Of a DNA stretch of 64,000 nucleotides, positions 39,101 to 49,850 are shown piece by piece; the stretch's first letter is position 1; every line of letters starts with the position of its first letter. The notes below the pieces were generated by a model that saw only the letters and a list, made by a program, of their open reading frames with translations, did no database searches and was not told where the DNA came from. Made by a program: the position numbers and the translations under genes. The stretch covers positions 128,001 through 192,000 of IMG/VR virus record IMGVR_UViG_3300033463_000005; one strand, 5' to 3'. This stretch comes from a virus (Duplodnaviria > Caudoviricetes).

Positions 39101-42100
39101 AATGATCATCCGGTTCTGTTCGTAATACTGGATACAACTCCGGATCTGTCAATGTATTGAAATTATGACGGATCATATTGATTGTGATGGTTTCGTCTTG
39201 TTGTTGTACTCTTGCGGAACCAATGTAAATTGCGTGCATTTCTTTATTAAATATTTCAGTCAATGGTTCTGGAAGATTCGGTTCATTGTATTCATCCAAG
39301 AAATTTCGAACATTATCATCCGCGATTGTACATGTGATATTCTGCATCAGATATTTATGCATCACATTATAATCATTCGTGCCAAACCATTTTGCATGAT
39401 GTTCATCCACTTTTGCTTCGATCATGCCATGTGCACGAGAATGATCAATCGCAGTGATGATCAATGGGAATAAACTCATGCCGTCATCTGTATATGCATA
39501 TACGGTTTGACCAACATGGTATTTTCCACCAATGGATTCGATCACATTTTCGGATGGTGTAATATGAATCACTTCACATGCTTTGAAGAACATCGTCTTT
39601 GGTGGACGCAATTCTTGTGATATAATACCATATCGATTCAATTCATTGCATGGAATATAGATCGCATCATTCGGACCCTGAAGATCATCGGTATTTGGAT
39701 TTTGATATTCCGACATCTTTTCCAATGGTTTAAAATGATTACCCGCCAATAATTCATAATGCAATTCCGAATGTGGTTGATTCACAACTTCGTCATTTGT
39801 GTTTGTTGTAAATGTTTCATGTACATTCTGAACATTCAAACGAAGATTTTGTGAACCGATGTATTTGCGAATATCGTTCATGATATTGGACGATGATGAA
39901 ACTTTCTGGAATGACAACGTAATATCATTGAGTGTTTGCAATGTGGAACCTTCACCATCACAAATCACAAATGATACTGTAACATCAGAACCATCAAAGA
40001 ATGCAAATTCACATGTTGGAATTACGCGTGTAATCACATATTCCGAATTGACTTCCTCGTACATGATATGGAATAATATTGCGGAATCACCCGTTTTAGA
40101 AACATTCGGCAAATGCATATGATCATCAGAGTTTGCAATCGTCACATATCCATATACAGGTTTCTCTTGTAATGTAACAGAACCAAGTTCAACTTTATCG
40201 AGAATATAAATGTCGAACAAATAACTCTGCGCGATGCCATCACAATATGATGCGAGCGGAATTAAACTTGATGTGAAGACAGACCCATCAATGTCGTCCA
40301 ATGTTGATTGAATCAATGGTGCATTTGTTTGAATTTGATTGATGAAGATTTGCAAATGTGCTGCATATGTTTGGAATAATGTTTTGGTATATAAAACATT
40401 TGGATTATCAGAATACAAATTATGCAATTCATTCATTGTTGTCATATCCAATGTTTGTGCCCAATATTCCAATTGATGCAAACTCATATTGGTGTTGATT
40501 TCTTTTAATTGTAAATACAAACGACGAATCCGCGCGATTGCATACAGATCGAATCCGGTATAATCAAATACCTTTTGCATGATCATCAGAATTGTGGATA
40601 CCAGACCATACAGTTTGAATGATTTATTTGCCAAAGTATTTGTCCAAATATACATTTCAGACACTTGATCATATAATGTCTGTAATGTTTGATACAACGT
40701 GTCCTGTGTGATATCCTCAAACGTTGCAACAATTCCCGGTGTTTGTGACGATTGTGGATTAAAGTTGTCCCCACGTTCAGAAACAAATTCACGAATTGCA
40801 TTTGCATGTTTTTCCATACAATGCAATGTATTCTGAATTTCTGTCCGTTGATTCCAAATGGATGTGTAATTTGTAACAAGATTGTTGATGTGATTGTACA
40901 CATCACTCAAATACAACGAAACCATATTCGCAATCTTTGCATCATCATAATATTGATATTCATCCAGAATCATGGATTGAACGGGATCCGTATATTCCAC
41001 GTAATAATTCGGATCCACGCCGTCATTTGTGAACAGAATATGTTTCTGCGTTGGTTGATAACGATTCAATGTATTCCGATAAGATTGTGCATTCAACGGA
41101 AATACATTGTGATCTGTTCCAACAACGAATGGAAGACCTGCATACAATGTCACTTCGTTAGTATCCGGGAATGAACAGTGTGCTTTTTCAGGATCCGGAA
41201 TCCAATATGGACACGTCATGACAATACCATAGTTCACCAATTCTGTCTCCAAAGAAGAATCCATTTCATCAATTGACAGATCTGCATAGCGTGGATAAAA
41301 TTCCTTTTCCACAATCATATGAATCAGATATGCCAACAGTTGATCTTTATTATCATACATCATCTGCAATGTATAGAACATGAAGTTCAATGCAAACGGT
41401 GCACGAATGTCATCTTCATTCGCATCCAGATGATCGGATGATGCATTTGATGGTTCATAATTCATCATGGAAGGATATTCCAAGAATGTATCACCATTCA
41501 TCTTTTGCTGCAGAATCTTTGAAAGCACATTGATCTTCGCATTGTTGTAATCGTCCATATACATCATATTGGCAAACTTCTCCAACCGATTTTCAACATG
41601 CCAATATTTCACAAATCCAATATGACGATCAACTTCTTTTGTGAATTGATCAAAGTCAATCAATTGTTCAACGGAGAATGGTTCCGTTGTTTCTTCATGT
41701 GGATTCTTTGTGTCAGTATATAAGATGAAGAATTTATAAAGCTCATCGCCACGTAAATCATTTCTGATATAGAACGTATTTCCGATACCACTAAAGTGTT
41801 GGATAGTCGGTGTATCAAATAACCAACATGATTCCGCACGATCGTATTTCAATGTGATGAAACATTGTTCTGATATTGGCCGATTGAATCGATGTTCATT
41901 ATCCACGGCAAAGTAGTTTGTAAATGAATCTGCAATTACACGCAATGATGTAAACGGTTCCAATGCAAATGGTTGTGCAATTTCATCAATAAACAATTGG
42001 AAATTGTCATCAAACAATTCGTCGAACACATACTTTTGTACTTCGGAATATGTTGCTGTGACATTCCCTAACGTTTCAAACTTTTGAATCAATGTCTCAA

Positions 42101-43478
42101 ATCGTTTCAAATTGTCATGTGAAATCATGGATGTCACAATTGCACATTTCAAATAGGTTTCATATTGCGATCTCAATACTGAAGCGATAGACGATGAAAC
42201 CGATTTGATATTTGTTTCGATGTATTGTGATGTCGCAATAGATGGCCCAACATTGCAATCAACACCAAGTTTTGTGATTGTCGGTTTCAATGTTTCTAAT
42301 TGTGTGATCATGCCAAAACAATTCGTGAGAGTTCTGTATGACATGTCGGAAGGACGATCGACGCAGATTGGTGGTGTGCATACTTCATTCATCGCAATAG
42401 ATTCCGTATGCTGTAGGATAATTCTTCCACCGTCTTCATTTGCAACATGATTCCATTGATCATCATAAACAACTTGTTTTCCCATCATGTTGTAATAGTT
42501 GATTGCGGGGAAAACATTTGGAATCTCATGGATGTATTTTAATACATACACACGAACATTCAAATTCTTTGAGTTTAATTGTTGGATTTTGTTCAATGTG
42601 TGTGTTTGGATATTTTTAATATCCAAACCATATCGTGTTAAACAACCAAAGTTCGGAGCAACCAATACTGAATTCTGATATTGTTCGTCATACACTTCAA
42701 CCAAACAATTGCATCCAATCCATGATCGAACATCTTTCGTATTTTGGAACATTGTATACGGAATCGTCTGTTCATTTGTGATATAGATGGAAGGAACGAC
42801 ACCTTCGATTACTTTGGATGAATCCAATTTATAAATGATGAAATTTGGATCCGCGGTTTGATTCCATGGGATCTTGAAACGGAATCCTTTGTCATCAACA
42901 CCAACACTCCAATTTCCAACCATGAATCCATTTACAGTACATAGCAATGTGAATCCAAGAATCGAAGATATCTCATCCGATAAGAATTCATTTGCCGGAA
43001 CATAATATTTGGACTCTGTCTCATACATTTTGTGAAGCTTCTGACGAATGAATTCATCACGATCTCCAAAATGTAATTGATCATATGGCACATCAACAAT
43101 GAAATCTCCAAACCGATCTGTTGATACACTTTTCGAATCACCGTATTTCACGGATGCAATGACTGCATGTGTATTCACTAACATATCACTCATTGCATTC
43201 TGTAATGACATTTTATATGTTTCAATCAAAGATTCATTCAAATCTTCAAATGAATAATTGGAACGTTCCATCAAATCTGTTAACTGTTGGAATCCATAAT
43301 AATTACCGACAACACCGTACGGTTGTCTGTCGATCAATTGTGAATCCAACGCAATCAGATTCTGATAACGTTTGTTGATGGTTTCCCATTTTGTATCGTT
43401 GAATGATTTGATTCCATTTCTAGAACCCGTCAGATATTCATGATACTTATGAAACCATTGATTGTAATTCATAATCAT
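36168..43478 (-). CDS. Giant (2436 aa) putative virion/baseplate protein with a C-terminal BspA-like LRR tip
   Basis: Late promoter motif upstream; C-terminal NAFLASCTNLDEV..., IHNYAFTGTYSLERIYIN...IAGAPW. Confidence 0.7.
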   Translation of the reverse strand: MIMNYNQWFHKYHEYLTGSRNGIKSFNDTKWETINKRYQNLIALDSQLIDRQPYGVVGNYYGFQQLTDLMERSNYSFEDLNESLIETYKMSLQNAMSDMLVNTHAVIASVKYGDSKSVSTDRFGDFIVDVPYDQLHFGDRDEFIRQKLHKMYETESKYYVPANEFLSDEISSILGFTLLCTVNGFMVGNWSVGVDDKGFRFKIPWNQTADPNFIIYKLDSSKVIEGVVPSIYITNEQTIPYTMFQNTKDVRSWIGCNCLVEVYDEQYQNSVLVAPNFGCLTRYGLDIKNIQTHTLNKIQQLNSKNLNVRVYVLKYIHEIPNVFPAINYYNMMGKQVVYDDQWNHVANEDGGRIILQHTESIAMNEVCTPPICVDRPSDMSYRTLTNCFGMITQLETLKPTITKLGVDCNVGPSIATSQYIETNIKSVSSSIASVLRSQYETYLKCAIVTSMISHDNLKRFETLIQKFETLGNVTATYSEVQKYVFDELFDDNFQLFIDEIAQPFALEPFTSLRVIADSFTNYFAVDNEHRFNRPISEQCFITLKYDRAESCWLFDTPTIQHFSGIGNTFYIRNDLRGDELYKFFILYTDTKNPHEETTEPFSVEQLIDFDQFTKEVDRHIGFVKYWHVENRLEKFANMMYMDDYNNAKINVLSKILQQKMNGDTFLEYPSMMNYEPSNASSDHLDANEDDIRAPFALNFMFYTLQMMYDNKDQLLAYLIHMIVEKEFYPRYADLSIDEMDSSLETELVNYGIVMTCPYWIPDPEKAHCSFPDTNEVTLYAGLPFVVGTDHNVFPLNAQSYRNTLNRYQPTQKHILFTNDGVDPNYYVEYTDPVQSMILDEYQYYDDAKIANMVSLYLSDVYNHINNLVTNYTSIWNQRTEIQNTLHCMEKHANAIREFVSERGDNFNPQSSQTPGIVATFEDITQDTLYQTLQTLYDQVSEMYIWTNTLANKSFKLYGLVSTILMIMQKVFDYTGFDLYAIARIRRLYLQLKEINTNMSLHQLEYWAQTLDMTTMNELHNLYSDNPNVLYTKTLFQTYAAHLQIFINQIQTNAPLIQSTLDDIDGSVFTSSLIPLASYCDGIAQSYLFDIYILDKVELGSVTLQEKPVYGYVTIANSDDHMHLPNVSKTGDSAILFHIMYEEVNSEYVITRVIPTCEFAFFDGSDVTVSFVICDGEGSTLQTLNDITLSFQKVSSSSNIMNDIRKYIGSQNLRLNVQNVHETFTTNTNDEVVNQPHSELHYELLAGNHFKPLEKMSEYQNPNTDDLQGPNDAIYIPCNELNRYGIISQELRPPKTMFFKACEVIHITPSENVIESIGGKYHVGQTVYAYTDDGMSLFPLIITAIDHSRAHGMIEAKVDEHHAKWFGTNDYNVMHKYLMQNITCTIADDNVRNFLDEYNEPNLPEPLTEIFNKEMHAIYIGSARVQQQDETITINMIRHNFNTLTDPELYPVLRTEPDDHSVWDQEREVFQNEITQTMTKISSTAMQIQALSIALQHATTKAEKDEIKIQIENAQMKMKYYDDNVKRFKLYLEQLETPTTWYNVISYEAALTYINNGRAYISHVYRPHIQDLMYSDQVQIRLYDMDTQSWIDSNLYTVDETIEDGLLFDHYHEFDTNDVLTSLTITFVDSAFASRRILIFFAYDNSDVFDDIQLNQDTCQVRFRPVVTIDPSHYTDNLYANIRIRKHYDTDEAYAVSQLDPVPEDFPYQEGVLLKRYQRSGLHTEGSTTRFCNMTVESDGSEYAIDDFDVYVPNPMKDTSIPQQQMQISYVTSTKIDINGFEPNKRITLICIQNSSEKSFDGGASNIIFRGRTTDDDIEIIDSNLTTDATQTYLCTVIPDESHHMSGGLISIKRTCEWVTISNITNWMKLISPTYRLIPDTCILVPNGITLDEHAIIRLSNHYKLNSDEFIEDPFVYYYDQTNDVRYPIADIRKNDIHTRLIVDPSDNPSINSIRSNYLHVSRYVASHIPENGVIDLTGYVPTPLSRDRYEFWVNGRYVNDDNHLTILSPTTFQLRNLTSLRNLEVIELVDDLEDSVITQNGTCYIDINGKTYPTYQLASLQNANIIDQKIQFKFNQNTVSKLDQYVPDQIRITNNVDIEHDILDYIVPPQNLSYDDTTNHPTINGVTLQNETSTSLGFVEMNHETILNMMDDVWKREIMTGGMQSSRDVQNLTRAQSFQQLKCHVYKDKYYDVYAIGSNQFTYTLYISNTPDAPITDTENVVKIIPAILPTTHVALSFKYSGKWVLSTMPNTYPIQLPEHEYDPEPLPTTAIYIRDCNTRAIVQEFADGPLVYDNAKTWFRNESDPNALYEFVITPAYRYNENYLETETGSLSGMQNLKKFFLYTTREHYMPNAFLASCTNLDEVHWSSVVERIDPAFIPGTAVKEIHINASPNCSIHNYAFTGTYSLERIYINQPAGSIAGAPWDAQNAEVIWLG

Positions 43479-43506
43479 TACGAGTTGATCTCCTTTCGTA
43501 ATAGGT

Positions 43507-43518
43507 TACAGAACCGTT
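43507..43518 (-). promoter_or_regulatory. Putative late promoter AACG-N6-TA
   Basis: AACGGTTCTGTA. Confidence 0.55.
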
Positions 43519-43561
43519 TTGTTTGGGATTCTGGTCTCACGCTGTATCCTATTATTCTAAC

Positions 43562-43612
43562 TTTTCATATATATATTATTAATATGAAGGGAGAAATAAA
43601 ATTGCTCTCTTT
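43562..43612 (+). promoter_or_regulatory. Putative early promoter plus leader hairpin
   Basis: 27-mer identical to 17359-17385, then AAGGGAG...CTCTCTT. Confidence 0.7.
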
Positions 43613-43719
43613 GCAAATTTTACAGGTCTCTATGAGACCAGAAAGTGAGGAATACCATGAAAATGAATTCTATTTTCAAGCGGTTGCGTCGGCAATTCAC
43701 AAATAAGGAGGAATCTATT

Positions 43720-44103
43720 ATGAAAACGAATATGACATATTTTGATTTTGAGGGAATGCCGACCCTCAAGATCGAAACAAACAACAATATCGGAACGGGG
43801 TATCTCCACCCGTTCAGAGCCTATTCATTCCAAGTCTCGGGCTCTGCTGACGGGCAGGGGGATTACGGGGCAACGTCTGTAATAGACTTGCCTGCCATTG
43901 CCAAGCATTTGACCGAAGCAAATTCTATGATTATTCTGCGCGAACTTGCGCAAACCGCAGTTTCCAATTTCCTCGGGGTGTCTCCCCGAGATGCCGCATT
44001 TGAATGCGGCTCCATTAATAACTTCAAAGAATTTGACCGATGGCTTGATGCAGTGTATGCCGGATTAATCCGGCAGGACTGTCGGTTTGGCCACTGGTGC
44101 TAA
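43720..44103 (+). CDS. Hypothetical protein (putative early)
   Basis: TAAGGAGG RBS; alternative in-frame start at 43658-region. Confidence 0.7.
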   Translation: MKTNMTYFDFEGMPTLKIETNNNIGTGYLHPFRAYSFQVSGSADGQGDYGATSVIDLPAIAKHLTEANSMIILRELAQTAVSNFLGVSPRDAAFECGSINNFKEFDRWLDAVYAGLIRQDCRFGHWC

Positions 44104-44122
44104 TTATAAAGGAGGAAATGTT

Positions 44123-44458
44123 ATGAAACTCAGAAAAACGAATATCGCGCTGTTCTCCAACGTTGTCGAGCGCACTTTCAGCGACACAAAGAAATACCGT
44201 GAGCTGAATATCTGCAGGTCCAACGGGTACTGGCGTTTCAGAGAAGTGGACGCCTACACAGGTACCTGCTTCAGTGAAATTATCCTTGGTATATCGTCAA
44301 AGTACTTATTGAATGAATTCCTCATCGTGAGGAGGAATTCAACCATCAAAACACTCAAGACCGCAAAAACGCTGGGGGAGGCCCTGGCGTTTATAACTGA
44401 TACCGTCTTCCAAAAGCGGTATTATGTCACGATCGAGGATCTTGCGACCCTCGGCTGA
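44123..44458 (+). CDS. Hypothetical protein (putative early)
   Basis: AAAGGAGG RBS. Confidence 0.7.
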   Translation: MKLRKTNIALFSNVVERTFSDTKKYRELNICRSNGYWRFREVDAYTGTCFSEIILGISSKYLLNEFLIVRRNSTIKTLKTAKTLGEALAFITDTVFQKRYYVTIEDLATLG

Positions 44459-44545
44459 ATAGCAACCCACTACCGCTCTTCCGCAAAAAGAACCCAAGCC
44501 GATATGGCAAAGGGTTCCTAGTGGGAGAGCGGAATACGAAACAAA

Positions 44546-44580
44546 ACAACCGGGGGATGATCCCCCGGTTGTATTTTTTT
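44546..44580. terminator. Bidirectional terminator
   Basis: CAACCGGGGGAT-G-ATCCCCCGGTTG followed by a T-tract. Confidence 0.7.
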
Positions 44581-47500
44581 ACAAATTGCCTTCCCAAATT
44601 CTTTTTACTTTTTTCTTCAATTCAATTAATATCTTATTTGCCGATGCAGTCACGAGCATACTCGGAATCATACGACCCAAGATAGAACGTGGGGATACAA
44701 ACATACTGATTTCTTCACCAGGTTCGGATTCCGCATACGGCTCCAATCCTTCAGGAACAACTTCCGAAATGACTTGTTTGGATGCAGCGTACACAACACA
44801 TTTATCTCCAATTGACACTTCGTCAGAATGTTCGATATAGATTTCAATTAACACATCACAGTTGATGCCTTTGATGGATGATGCTCGTAATGGTTGCGTT
44901 GGAAGTGAATACAACGTTCCGAGTTTATACACGCCATCCGTCTTATCATATTTATCCAACGTTTTTCTTTTTTCAATGTTTTCTTTGAAATGATTGTCGA
45001 TGATATCAAACAAAGATGGAGACAGTTTGTCCATACTCTTGATTGTATACATGCGAATATCCACAACCCGTCCTGCATGCTTTGATTTGATCGTACGTTT
45101 TGCAGTATCCATGATGTTGGAATCTGTTTGGAATGCTTTCAAGAAATCGTCAACCGCTTTATCGCCGGTATCACCTAAACCAAACACAATCAACGGATCA
45201 CCGATTTCAACCTCATCTCCGACTTTCACAATGAAATCAACATCATCGGTCGCATTTAACTTTGATGCTTGACACATTGTGACTGCAGATGACAACCGCT
45301 TGGACATCTTATGTGTCATCAAACCAGCGTCTTCATATGTAGAATACAAACCGGCGAACGCAACTTTTGCCAATGGTCCAATGTTCAATCGAACCATACC
45401 GGATGAATCTTTCGAGAAGAACTTTTCGTGATATGCCAAGATATCATTCTTCTCAAATGTATCATCTTTCTCAAAATTGGACACGAGTTTATTATCCACA
45501 TAGAAACCGGAACCAGGATTGAATGAATACCGATCAGAAACAGGGATCGCTTGTTTCTTACCAGACTCATATTCAACGACCATGTATCCATTTGAAATAT
45601 CAATGACTTTACCATTCTCTTTTGCGGTCACAGCAAATTCCGATGACAAATAAGATGGTACAATTTCATCAATACCATTTGAAACCAGAACCGGTTCCGC
45701 GTCTGCGGTTGGAAGAATATGAGATGTTTGCGATGTTGCAATTGCATTACGAATAGAATCATCACGAGATACAGTTCCCGGTGTTAACAGTTCGGAGAAT
45801 GATGCTAATTGCAAATCGTTGTAATCCGTTGATATGTCTTCCGTTGATGTATATCCACGCAACGATTCCACCTTTGGATCAACAACAAGCTGACGTGTAA
45901 TACCAACCGTACCATTGTTTGGAGACGACAGTGCGAGTTTTCCAATCATGGATTCCTCATAAGAACGTTTCGGCAATGAGTATGCTTCTGGTTCATTAAC
46001 ACCATGGAATCCTTTCTTGGAGACATTCTCTCTATCATGCAATTCAACCATTGGATTCAATGCGGAAATACCATTCACCGTTTCAATCTTGATCAATGTC
46101 TGAATTAGATCATTTGGATTCCATGGCAATTTTGCATCCGCCATCTTACTACCAATCTGGTTGTTATACCGGGAAATCGCTTTTGCCAACAAGCCATGAA
46201 TAATTGCAGGAATGATTTCGGATGCTCGAACACGATACAACGAGGAACTCGTTTCACCTTTGAAGTGATTGTCTGCCAACATATTTGCAGCATAAATCAA
46301 CATATCACAAATATCGGTCGGCAAATGATAATGCTGACACACATCTTCTGTGATTGCATCGATAAAGAAGTGATAATTTGTTCGGAAAATAGATAACTCC
46401 GAGAATTGTTTGAAGAACATCTGATTGAAGATATCAATGAAAACAGAATTGGAATCAAACACGGTGGAATCCAGATCGGTTGTATTGTATTCTTTCGGAT
46501 TCAAACGGAAGAAGCCGTTGAACAACAACTGATTGTTCACCGTGTTTTGAATTGCCAATGTTTTATCTTTGAATGGGATTTTAATGAATCCGGGAGCATC
46601 TTCATTTTTTGTAATGTATTTATACTGCGCACCAGACCGTTTTAACAACGAAGACAAACCTTCCCATGCAGCGATGCCAACACCAACCGGCATTTTGATA
46701 TTACCGATCTTCATTTTGGCATACATGGAAATCTTTGTCGGTTTGGTTTTGTTGAACACTTTCCACATTTCTTCTGGTAAAATTTGTGATATGATTTCTG
46801 TCAAGCTTCTACCACGACGATCCAGACCAGTTTCTGTATTCAAAACAACCGGAACCTGATTGATGGAACCACAACAGAATTCATTTTCTTGAACAGTTAC
46901 AAAGCCATACTCACGCAAGCATTGTTCACGGTTAAACAGAATCTTGCATTTTTGAGAATCGTCGATGTAATGCAGCCAACGTTTTGCATACTCATCATAT
47001 TCGATTGTCGAAACGAATCGAGAGTTTGTTGCCGTGGATGAACCATACCGAACATACGGGTTTGTTCCATCCGGTTTATTTGCGGATGCGACAGCTTTCA
47101 ATAATAAGGAAACATCAACCAATGATTTTGTATCATAACGGATGATATCAATCTTGTTGTAATTGGTCGTCAACATCACACGCTTCTGATTAATCTTCAG
47201 AATCGGAATGGGGAAATCTTGTTTTCCAATATTATTCCATGTTCCATTATAATAGAATCTACCATTCATCAATTTTGGAACATAAATATTGATATGAGAT
47301 TTCGATCCAGTTTTTCGATTCACAAGTGATACTTTCCAGTTGTGCATCAACGATACTGGTGTTGAGATATCTTCCACATCAATATTTGTAACATCGAATC
47401 CCTCTGGAAGTTTTTTCAATGTCATGAATGTCGCAACGATATCCTGATCCAACATTTGTTCCTCATATGCTTCTTGCATATTTGCAAATGATGATCCTTG

Positions 47501-48775
47501 CATTGCACCACGGTTTGTTGTTGTAATCTTCAACGGACGAACCGGTGGTGGTTTCGGGATATCCGTGATGGTTTTCATTGCATTGATGTTTAAACTCTTT
47601 AAACGAATCTGTCCAATATTTTCACGCATCTTTGTTTCACGTGGTGATGTCAAAGTTTGCATAATACTCTTTTCATCCGAAACAGCACGTGAATCCGCAA
47701 TCTCTTTCGATGCTTGATTGATGATATCGTTTTCAACCGGAGTATCACCACCAGTTTCCAAATCACTCGCAATTCGTTTATAATCCGAAACTGCATTTTG
47801 ATTCGGATTAATGCGATGAATCAATGATGCATTGATCTGTAATGTCTTTGCAGAATACAATGTATCTTTTTCTGAACGCGCATCATCCACACCCAATTTC
47901 TTTTTCAACTGTTGCAATGAATTCTTTAATCCAGAACCACCACTCGATGCGGTTGTCGGTTGACCTTGGTCTTCTTCGGTTTTGTTCGCTTGTAAATCAT
48001 TCAACATTTCATCAACGCTTTCATCTGATGAAGTTGAATGAGTGACACCTTTGAACGATGTACCAATTTTGTCAACCATTGTTTGCAGCAGCGGTTGCTT
48101 TTCAGCATTCATCATCGGGAAATGCATCTTGTAATCTGTAGTAGATGAACGGAAGATCAATGTGATATCAGATTTGACATTCTGATTCGCATCGTTCAAG
48201 AATGATTGCACAACACCGTTTACAAGATCGGATTTGCAAGCATCCTTATTTTCCGAATCATAAATACGAAAACGATCTGTATTGATAATCAATACTTTCT
48301 TTTGTGCTGGAGAACATAAACCCATCATCGTGGACATCATTTGAACTGCATGCTGATGGATGTATTCAGTGGATAATGCACGATAACCAGAATTGAATTT
48401 CATCAACACATCGGAGAACGGAATGTAAGCATTCTCTTTCAATGTTTTCATACTCGTCGGAGGAATGATTTTCAATTGTGGAACTAGCTTTTGTTTCTGG
48501 ACATATTCCACTTTTCGTTTATATGATTCATTTGATAATTGATATTTGAAATCCATCGTTCCAATTTTACCATGAATAGAATATGGAATCACAATAGATT
48601 TGAAATTGATACGTGGAGGTGGAACCCGTTTGATCAATTCAATATCATATTCAAACGATCCAGACAAAAGAAAGACAGCAGCACCATCTTTTTGATCTGG
48701 TAACTGATATGGTGCTAACACTGGTTGCAGTGTTTTACCATTCACAAGATTGGTTGCTTCTTGAATGAATTGCAT
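44579..48775 (-). CDS. rpoB: Multisubunit RNA polymerase beta subunit (probably virion RNAP) with long N-terminal extension
   Basis: SSPNNGTVG (TPE..xG region), DDSIRNAIATSQTSH, YEDAG, IGDKC, VSPRSILGRM; begins with FIQE. Confidence 0.85.
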   Translation of the reverse strand: MQFIQEATNLVNGKTLQPVLAPYQLPDQKDGAAVFLLSGSFEYDIELIKRVPPPRINFKSIVIPYSIHGKIGTMDFKYQLSNESYKRKVEYVQKQKLVPQLKIIPPTSMKTLKENAYIPFSDVLMKFNSGYRALSTEYIHQHAVQMMSTMMGLCSPAQKKVLIINTDRFRIYDSENKDACKSDLVNGVVQSFLNDANQNVKSDITLIFRSSTTDYKMHFPMMNAEKQPLLQTMVDKIGTSFKGVTHSTSSDESVDEMLNDLQANKTEEDQGQPTTASSGGSGLKNSLQQLKKKLGVDDARSEKDTLYSAKTLQINASLIHRINPNQNAVSDYKRIASDLETGGDTPVENDIINQASKEIADSRAVSDEKSIMQTLTSPRETKMRENIGQIRLKSLNINAMKTITDIPKPPPVRPLKITTTNRGAMQGSSFANMQEAYEEQMLDQDIVATFMTLKKLPEGFDVTNIDVEDISTPVSLMHNWKVSLVNRKTGSKSHINIYVPKLMNGRFYYNGTWNNIGKQDFPIPILKINQKRVMLTTNYNKIDIIRYDTKSLVDVSLLLKAVASANKPDGTNPYVRYGSSTATNSRFVSTIEYDEYAKRWLHYIDDSQKCKILFNREQCLREYGFVTVQENEFCCGSINQVPVVLNTETGLDRRGRSLTEIISQILPEEMWKVFNKTKPTKISMYAKMKIGNIKMPVGVGIAAWEGLSSLLKRSGAQYKYITKNEDAPGFIKIPFKDKTLAIQNTVNNQLLFNGFFRLNPKEYNTTDLDSTVFDSNSVFIDIFNQMFFKQFSELSIFRTNYHFFIDAITEDVCQHYHLPTDICDMLIYAANMLADNHFKGETSSSLYRVRASEIIPAIIHGLLAKAISRYNNQIGSKMADAKLPWNPNDLIQTLIKIETVNGISALNPMVELHDRENVSKKGFHGVNEPEAYSLPKRSYEESMIGKLALSSPNNGTVGITRQLVVDPKVESLRGYTSTEDISTDYNDLQLASFSELLTPGTVSRDDSIRNAIATSQTSHILPTADAEPVLVSNGIDEIVPSYLSSEFAVTAKENGKVIDISNGYMVVEYESGKKQAIPVSDRYSFNPGSGFYVDNKLVSNFEKDDTFEKNDILAYHEKFFSKDSSGMVRLNIGPLAKVAFAGLYSTYEDAGLMTHKMSKRLSSAVTMCQASKLNATDDVDFIVKVGDEVEIGDPLIVFGLGDTGDKAVDDFLKAFQTDSNIMDTAKRTIKSKHAGRVVDIRMYTIKSMDKLSPSLFDIIDNHFKENIEKRKTLDKYDKTDGVYKLGTLYSLPTQPLRASSIKGINCDVLIEIYIEHSDEVSIGDKCVVYAASKQVISEVVPEGLEPYAESEPGEEISMFVSPRSILGRMIPSMLVTASANKILIELKKKVKRIWEGNL

Positions 48776-48822
48776 GATTATACACTTCCTTACAAACAAA
48801 ATTAAAAGGAGGGAGATCTTAT

Positions 48823-48981
48823 ATGTTTAAAGAAAAACGCACATACTATTACACATGTCCGTATTGCGGAGCCAATCTGGATCCAGGCGAGACATGCGAT
48901 TGTCAGAAGATTACCGAACAGTCCGATGACGAATCAAATGAAAAGGAGAATACTGATCATGAACAAACACGGGGAGAATGA
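48823..48981 (+). CDS. Small zinc-ribbon protein (52 aa, not in ORF track)
   Basis: AAGGAGG RBS; CPYCGANLDPGETCDC. Confidence 0.7.
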   Translation: MFKEKRTYYYTCPYCGANLDPGETCDCQKITEQSDDESNEKENTDHEQTRGE

Positions 48982-49228
48982 CATGTTGGGATTTATTACA
49001 ATGGAAGACATTACACATTGCAAAGAAGATCACAATTATGTTGTTTGGAATTATGGATTTCCGATTGAATATCGCATCAAAGAATTTAAACGAATTATGA
49101 AATACAAATTTAATCATTTCTTTTATAAAAAAGAAATGGATTACATTATTAAAGATGATTCCCCAATGCGAGCATCCGAATTTATTCGACGTGTTCGAAA
49201 TATTTTATTCCACGATTATTCTGTATAA
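48959..49228 (+). CDS. Hypothetical protein
   Basis: AAGGAG RBS; followed by a terminator at 49233-49258. Confidence 0.6.
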   Translation: MNKHGENDMLGFITMEDITHCKEDHNYVVWNYGFPIEYRIKEFKRIMKYKFNHFFYKKEMDYIIKDDSPMRASEFIRRVRNILFHDYSV

Positions 49229-49262
49229 AAAAGAAAGCGGGGTGAAAACCCCGCTTTCCATA

Positions 49263-49850
49263 TCATACACGTTCTTCAAAACTGGCAACCAACATGCCAC
49301 CTGACATATTGACCAAACGTTGAATGGTTGAAATCGATACAACCATTCCAGCTCGTTCAATCTCTGAACTCTTGTAATATTTTGAAACAAGCTGCGATAC
49401 ATTATTGACGATTGTTGATTTCAAGGTTGCGACCATTTTCTTTCTGACATCTGCCGGTGTGATCTGATAATACTGCAATACATCACCAAACATATGCAGA
49501 AAGTTTGCTTCCGTATCGAATCTCCATTCCATGATCGTTTGAAATTCAACATTCTGCATTGTGACAATACAGCACATGTTTGGCTGAACTCTTCTGACTG
49601 ATTGCAGTATCTCTGTCAGTTTTGTCTGTGAGATTGAATTCGTCTCTGAATTCAATAGTTTGCAAATGCGTTCATTCAACGCTTCTCCTCGGATGATATT
49701 CTCGTTTACTGCTTTACACAATGCTGTCATCAGAATATCATTGTTGACTTTGTGTGATGTATCAACGATAGGTTTGACTTCCACAACATCGTGTAGCTTT
49801 GACAATGCATCCGGATTTATCATTGTTTTTGCTTCCTCAAGGGTCATCAT
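49263..49850 (-). CDS. Hypothetical protein
   Basis: TAAGGAGG RBS before ATG 49850; early-like motif CATATATAATT upstream. Confidence 0.7.
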   Translation of the reverse strand: MMTLEEAKTMINPDALSKLHDVVEVKPIVDTSHKVNNDILMTALCKAVNENIIRGEALNERICKLLNSETNSISQTKLTEILQSVRRVQPNMCCIVTMQNVEFQTIMEWRFDTEANFLHMFGDVLQYYQITPADVRKKMVATLKSTIVNNVSQLVSKYYKSSEIERAGMVVSISTIQRLVNMSGGMLVASFEERV

